From positions 36,717-100,716 of the forward strand of contig JAAPAO010000053.1 in assembly GCA_013115145.1 (NCBI GenBank): a stretch of DNA of 64,000 nucleotides, written 5' to 3'. This document shows, in pieces, positions 60,901 through 64,000 of this stretch (its first letter is position 1; each line of letters starts with the position of its first letter). Origin of the DNA: Perkinsus chesapeaki ATCC PRA-425. Taxonomy: Eukaryota; Protista; Perkinsozoa. A program made the translations under genes and the position numbers. The notes beneath the pieces are model-generated. The model worked only from the letters and a program-made list of their open reading frames with translations, had not been told where the DNA came from and did not search any database.

Positions 60901-62537
60901 CCTGTCGACAGTGCTACGAGGAATACGGCGGAGCTATCTCCTTGGGGAGGGAGGGCCATGATGTCGGTAATGCACTCAAGAGCGCCGCATCGTGTTGATC
61001 CTCGATAAGTGAGATGAGGCAAGCTGACCTGAACATCGGTTCGATAACGGTGTACTGCCACCAGTGATAAAGCTCACCTTGTCAACCTTCGGGCATATCT
61101 CGCCTTCTTGGGGAGCGACACATTCTTGCATCCTCTTCGCAAACGCATCACATCTCTCTTTCACACAGATTGACCACAGCTGGCCATTGTCAGTGCAGGC
61201 CCAGAGAGTATGTCCTTCCGGGGATGAGAAAACCCACTTTGGCGAGTTTGCCTGCCCTGGGATGTCCAAGATGTCAGAGTACTCCCTTAAGATGAGGGCG
61301 GACTGGCTCCCATCGTCAAAGGCGAGCACCTGCCGAGCTCGATGAGCTGTAGGATGCATCGGCCCAGGAATGGACTCTCCGTCGAAATGCCAGACATTCA
61401 CGTGGTTGTTGTCGTGGACCGTAATGAGGCGTTTGTCAGTGCAGAAAAACATACGGCGTATCGGGGTCAAGTCTTGGAGCCCCAGTATGAAATGGACGGA
61501 CAAGGGGATGAAGTCATTCTCGAGCTGGGGAACTTCTTGAGTGCTGGTCTCGTGCATCGAGAGGCACATCAGGAGGCCCGTTGACGTAGATATCAATAAG
61601 TGACCCTGAAATACGGGCAGAACTTCCCGTCTTGCTAACACAGTGGTGATTGACTAACTCACCATGGGACACCACACGACAGACGACACGCTCCACTTGG
61701 CGCCGATGCCATCAAGGAAGCCATTCAAGGCATGGCTTGAATACACGGTGGGCAGGAATGTCTGATACCTGGTAGGAACCCCCTCACTCCCCTCTACAGT
61801 GAATGCAAGAATGGGGACCTTAGCGCGGGAAGAGGCTTCGCGACTCACGTTTTCTCTATAGAGATAGCGATAACGTGCTTACTGCCTACCGCTACCACCA
61901 GGTCCTTGTGCCTGAAGGAGCCCTTAAGAGACACTAGCTTCTATACTCACTTTTCGTAGGGTAAAATCTGTGTGAATCTTTCGTGGCTGGTGCCAGTAAG
62001 GAGATCAATATGTTCCAGACCAGGCAGTGCCTTCGAAATGAATCCCCCCGTTTGATAGGTATGTCCTACCAGCCCATTGGCAACGCTGAACACTTGGAGG
62101 TAGGCCTTATCTATATTCCCGGCAACTGCAAACACTCTTGTGCCACAATTAGAAATTGCTGTGGCCTCCACGCGTGTGTTGCCGTCAGTGGAGACAGCCA
62201 TACTGTGGCGCATCTCAAGCCCTCCGCTCTGATCGAGCTGGTACAACGCTATCTGCATGAATGAAGAACATACTGACGCAGTGTTAGAATATGCCTTCAC
62301 CTTCGCCGCTTCGGTAAGGTGTTCGGAACTGAGCAGTATTTGCCCTTTGCGCGAGGCAGAGAGTCGCCCGTGCTCCTTGCAGGGAGAACGGCAATATTTC
62401 ATCGTATTATGCTCTACATCCCAGATACACAGGATGTTACCAACTTGGTAAACCAAGGTTGTCTCATCAACGAACAGAGGGATCGCCTCGCCCCCCACAA
62501 TGGTGCTCATCTCAAGGGGGCTGCTGGGTGTCGCCAT
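54980..62537 (-). CDS. CFAP43: Cilia- and flagella-associated protein 43 (WD40 repeats plus long coiled-coil C-terminus), multi-exon
   Basis: N-terminal FVDETTLVYQVGNILCIWDV, many WD40-like beta repeats, coiled-coil exons, KDIQMMRVTKDLQ, and terminal IDMARSHAREI...AYRQRTFPSF typical of CFAP43. Confidence 0.82.
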
Positions 62538-62819
62538 TGGTTCCCGTAAAAAAATCTCCATGGTGGCGATGGACAGACAGTCAAACGGCGCGCTGTGGAT
62601 ATGCACTTCACAGCATCATCATAGGGAGGATCCCTTTACCAAAAATGGTATATATAGATTACTCGTTCGTGCGGGGCTAAAGCAACTAACGAGCCGGCGG
62701 GAGAGACTTGGCGCCGATTCTGTTCGTCGTAGGCGAGCAGCTTTCAGGCTGCTACGACGAACTTCGACTCTAGTGAGCGAGTTGAGCATGTTGCAATTGA
62801 CACGAGAACTAAACTTCAC

Positions 62820-64000
62820 CAGATAGGAAACCTCACTTCGCCGGCGTGACGGCAGGGAGACTGCCACGACGTATGCGGTTGGGCGGAGAAACAACTCTTA
62901 AACGTTCATGGACAAATAGCCGCAGCTCATCTTCATCCCACTGGTCGATGCCCAGATCGGGGTGCTCCATGGAATTGCGCGCCATGGAGAGGTAGAGAAC
63001 CATCTCTAAGACTTCTGCCGTTTTTCTGTCAGCTCCGCAGCACTCGAACTCGAAGGCGAAGCGACAGGTATCTGTTCAAGATCGATGCAGTGCAGCATTG
63101 ATCGTTGCCGCTGTTATTAAAGGATCCTACTAGAGTCCTCCGTCCACATAAAGCACAAGGATTTCTCAAGCACATCGTCTGTCGTACTATCGGGTGTAGA
63201 AAGGAGGGAGAGCGGGCCGCAGGTAACATCCGGTAGTCGAATACGAAAGTCGTGGAGGCTGTCGTCGGTGATGACCTGCCGGCTTGTATCAATAAATGAG
63301 CGACCATGGCTCTTACTATTTTAACTGCATCACGTTTAGAACCGGCAGTATTATCTTCGCCGTCAGACGGCCCGATCGGGGATAGGACTAGTGAGACCAA
63401 GGTCTCCTCTTCCGCAGTGAAGGACAATCGAGCCGATGCGAAGAACTGTGGTTCGAGCAACAGCTTGTGCCTGAGATACAAAGCTGGAAAGCACCAAGAC
63501 GGGAGCCACCGGCCGACTTCGTTGTTGTCGAAGCTCCTGGACGCCACTTCCACAGCTGCCCCGTGGCGAGAGGAATTCCGAGACTGGGCAGCCGGCCCAT
63601 GTCGAGCTGCCTCATCACGGTTAAGGCCTCGGAGAAGCTGAACGGGGGGTCACGGAAGTGTACGGGGAGTGATGGCTCACGCCAGGTCGTCAAAGTCCCA
63701 TCGACCGATAATGCCGTCCAGCCCCTCCGAGCTAGGTAGAGCGCTACGAACTGTGGTGAGGCTGAGCGTCAACATTTGCGCCGCCAGAGATATCTGGGGA
63801 ACGGCCTGGCCTCCTAGACAGCAACATCAGCTACATCGGAGATAAGATCTCTCAGCCGTCTGGCCTGCTCCTCCGCACCGATGACTCCTACGCCGACACC
63901 CTCCTTGGGAGAGGCGTCCTTGGATTCTGTTAAGATGTTCCGTTCATTCTCTTGACGCAACTCGTTGATGGATGCAGGCATAATGAATGAGTGAGTAGGC
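62820..64000 (-). CDS. Hypothetical multi-exon protein, 5' end outside the window
   Basis: Protein-like minus-strand frames (ELRQENERNILTES; ORF 63029..63553; DQWDEDELRLFVHERL) with intron-like breaks. Confidence 0.5.

Overview
Gene-dense, intron-rich eukaryotic scaffold with short GT-AG introns and three N gaps. The gene complement (SufD, CFAP43, tandem S10 peptidases) and intron style suggest an alveolate protist, most likely Perkinsus; this is inference, not a database result. Recognisable multi-exon genes in order: KMT2C/D-like PHD-cluster protein, SLC25 mitochondrial carrier, DGAT1, a large signal-peptide coiled-coil protein, an intronless RlmL-like THUMP methyltransferase, an MFS transporter, TIP41, CDC50, WDR18/IPI3, RRN3, an EF-hand-like protein, TFIIE-alpha, two tandem KH-domain proteins, a DusA-type tRNA dihydrouridine synthase, SufD, a Qc-SNARE, an S10 serine carboxypeptidase plus a truncated paralog, and CFAP43, with several orphans. 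No rRNA, tRNA, CRISPR array or intact mobile element was found. I found no convincing new multi-gene system. The best leads are a frameshifting 59-nt tandem amplification of the carrier's last exon, an S10 peptidase with its carboxylate-binding residues replaced, bacterial-type RNA-modification enzymes, a DCL-like segment in front of RRN3, a palindromic intronic minisatellite beside the main strand switch, and a structured intron in dusA. Gene coordinates are whole-gene spans inferred by eye, so ends are approximate.
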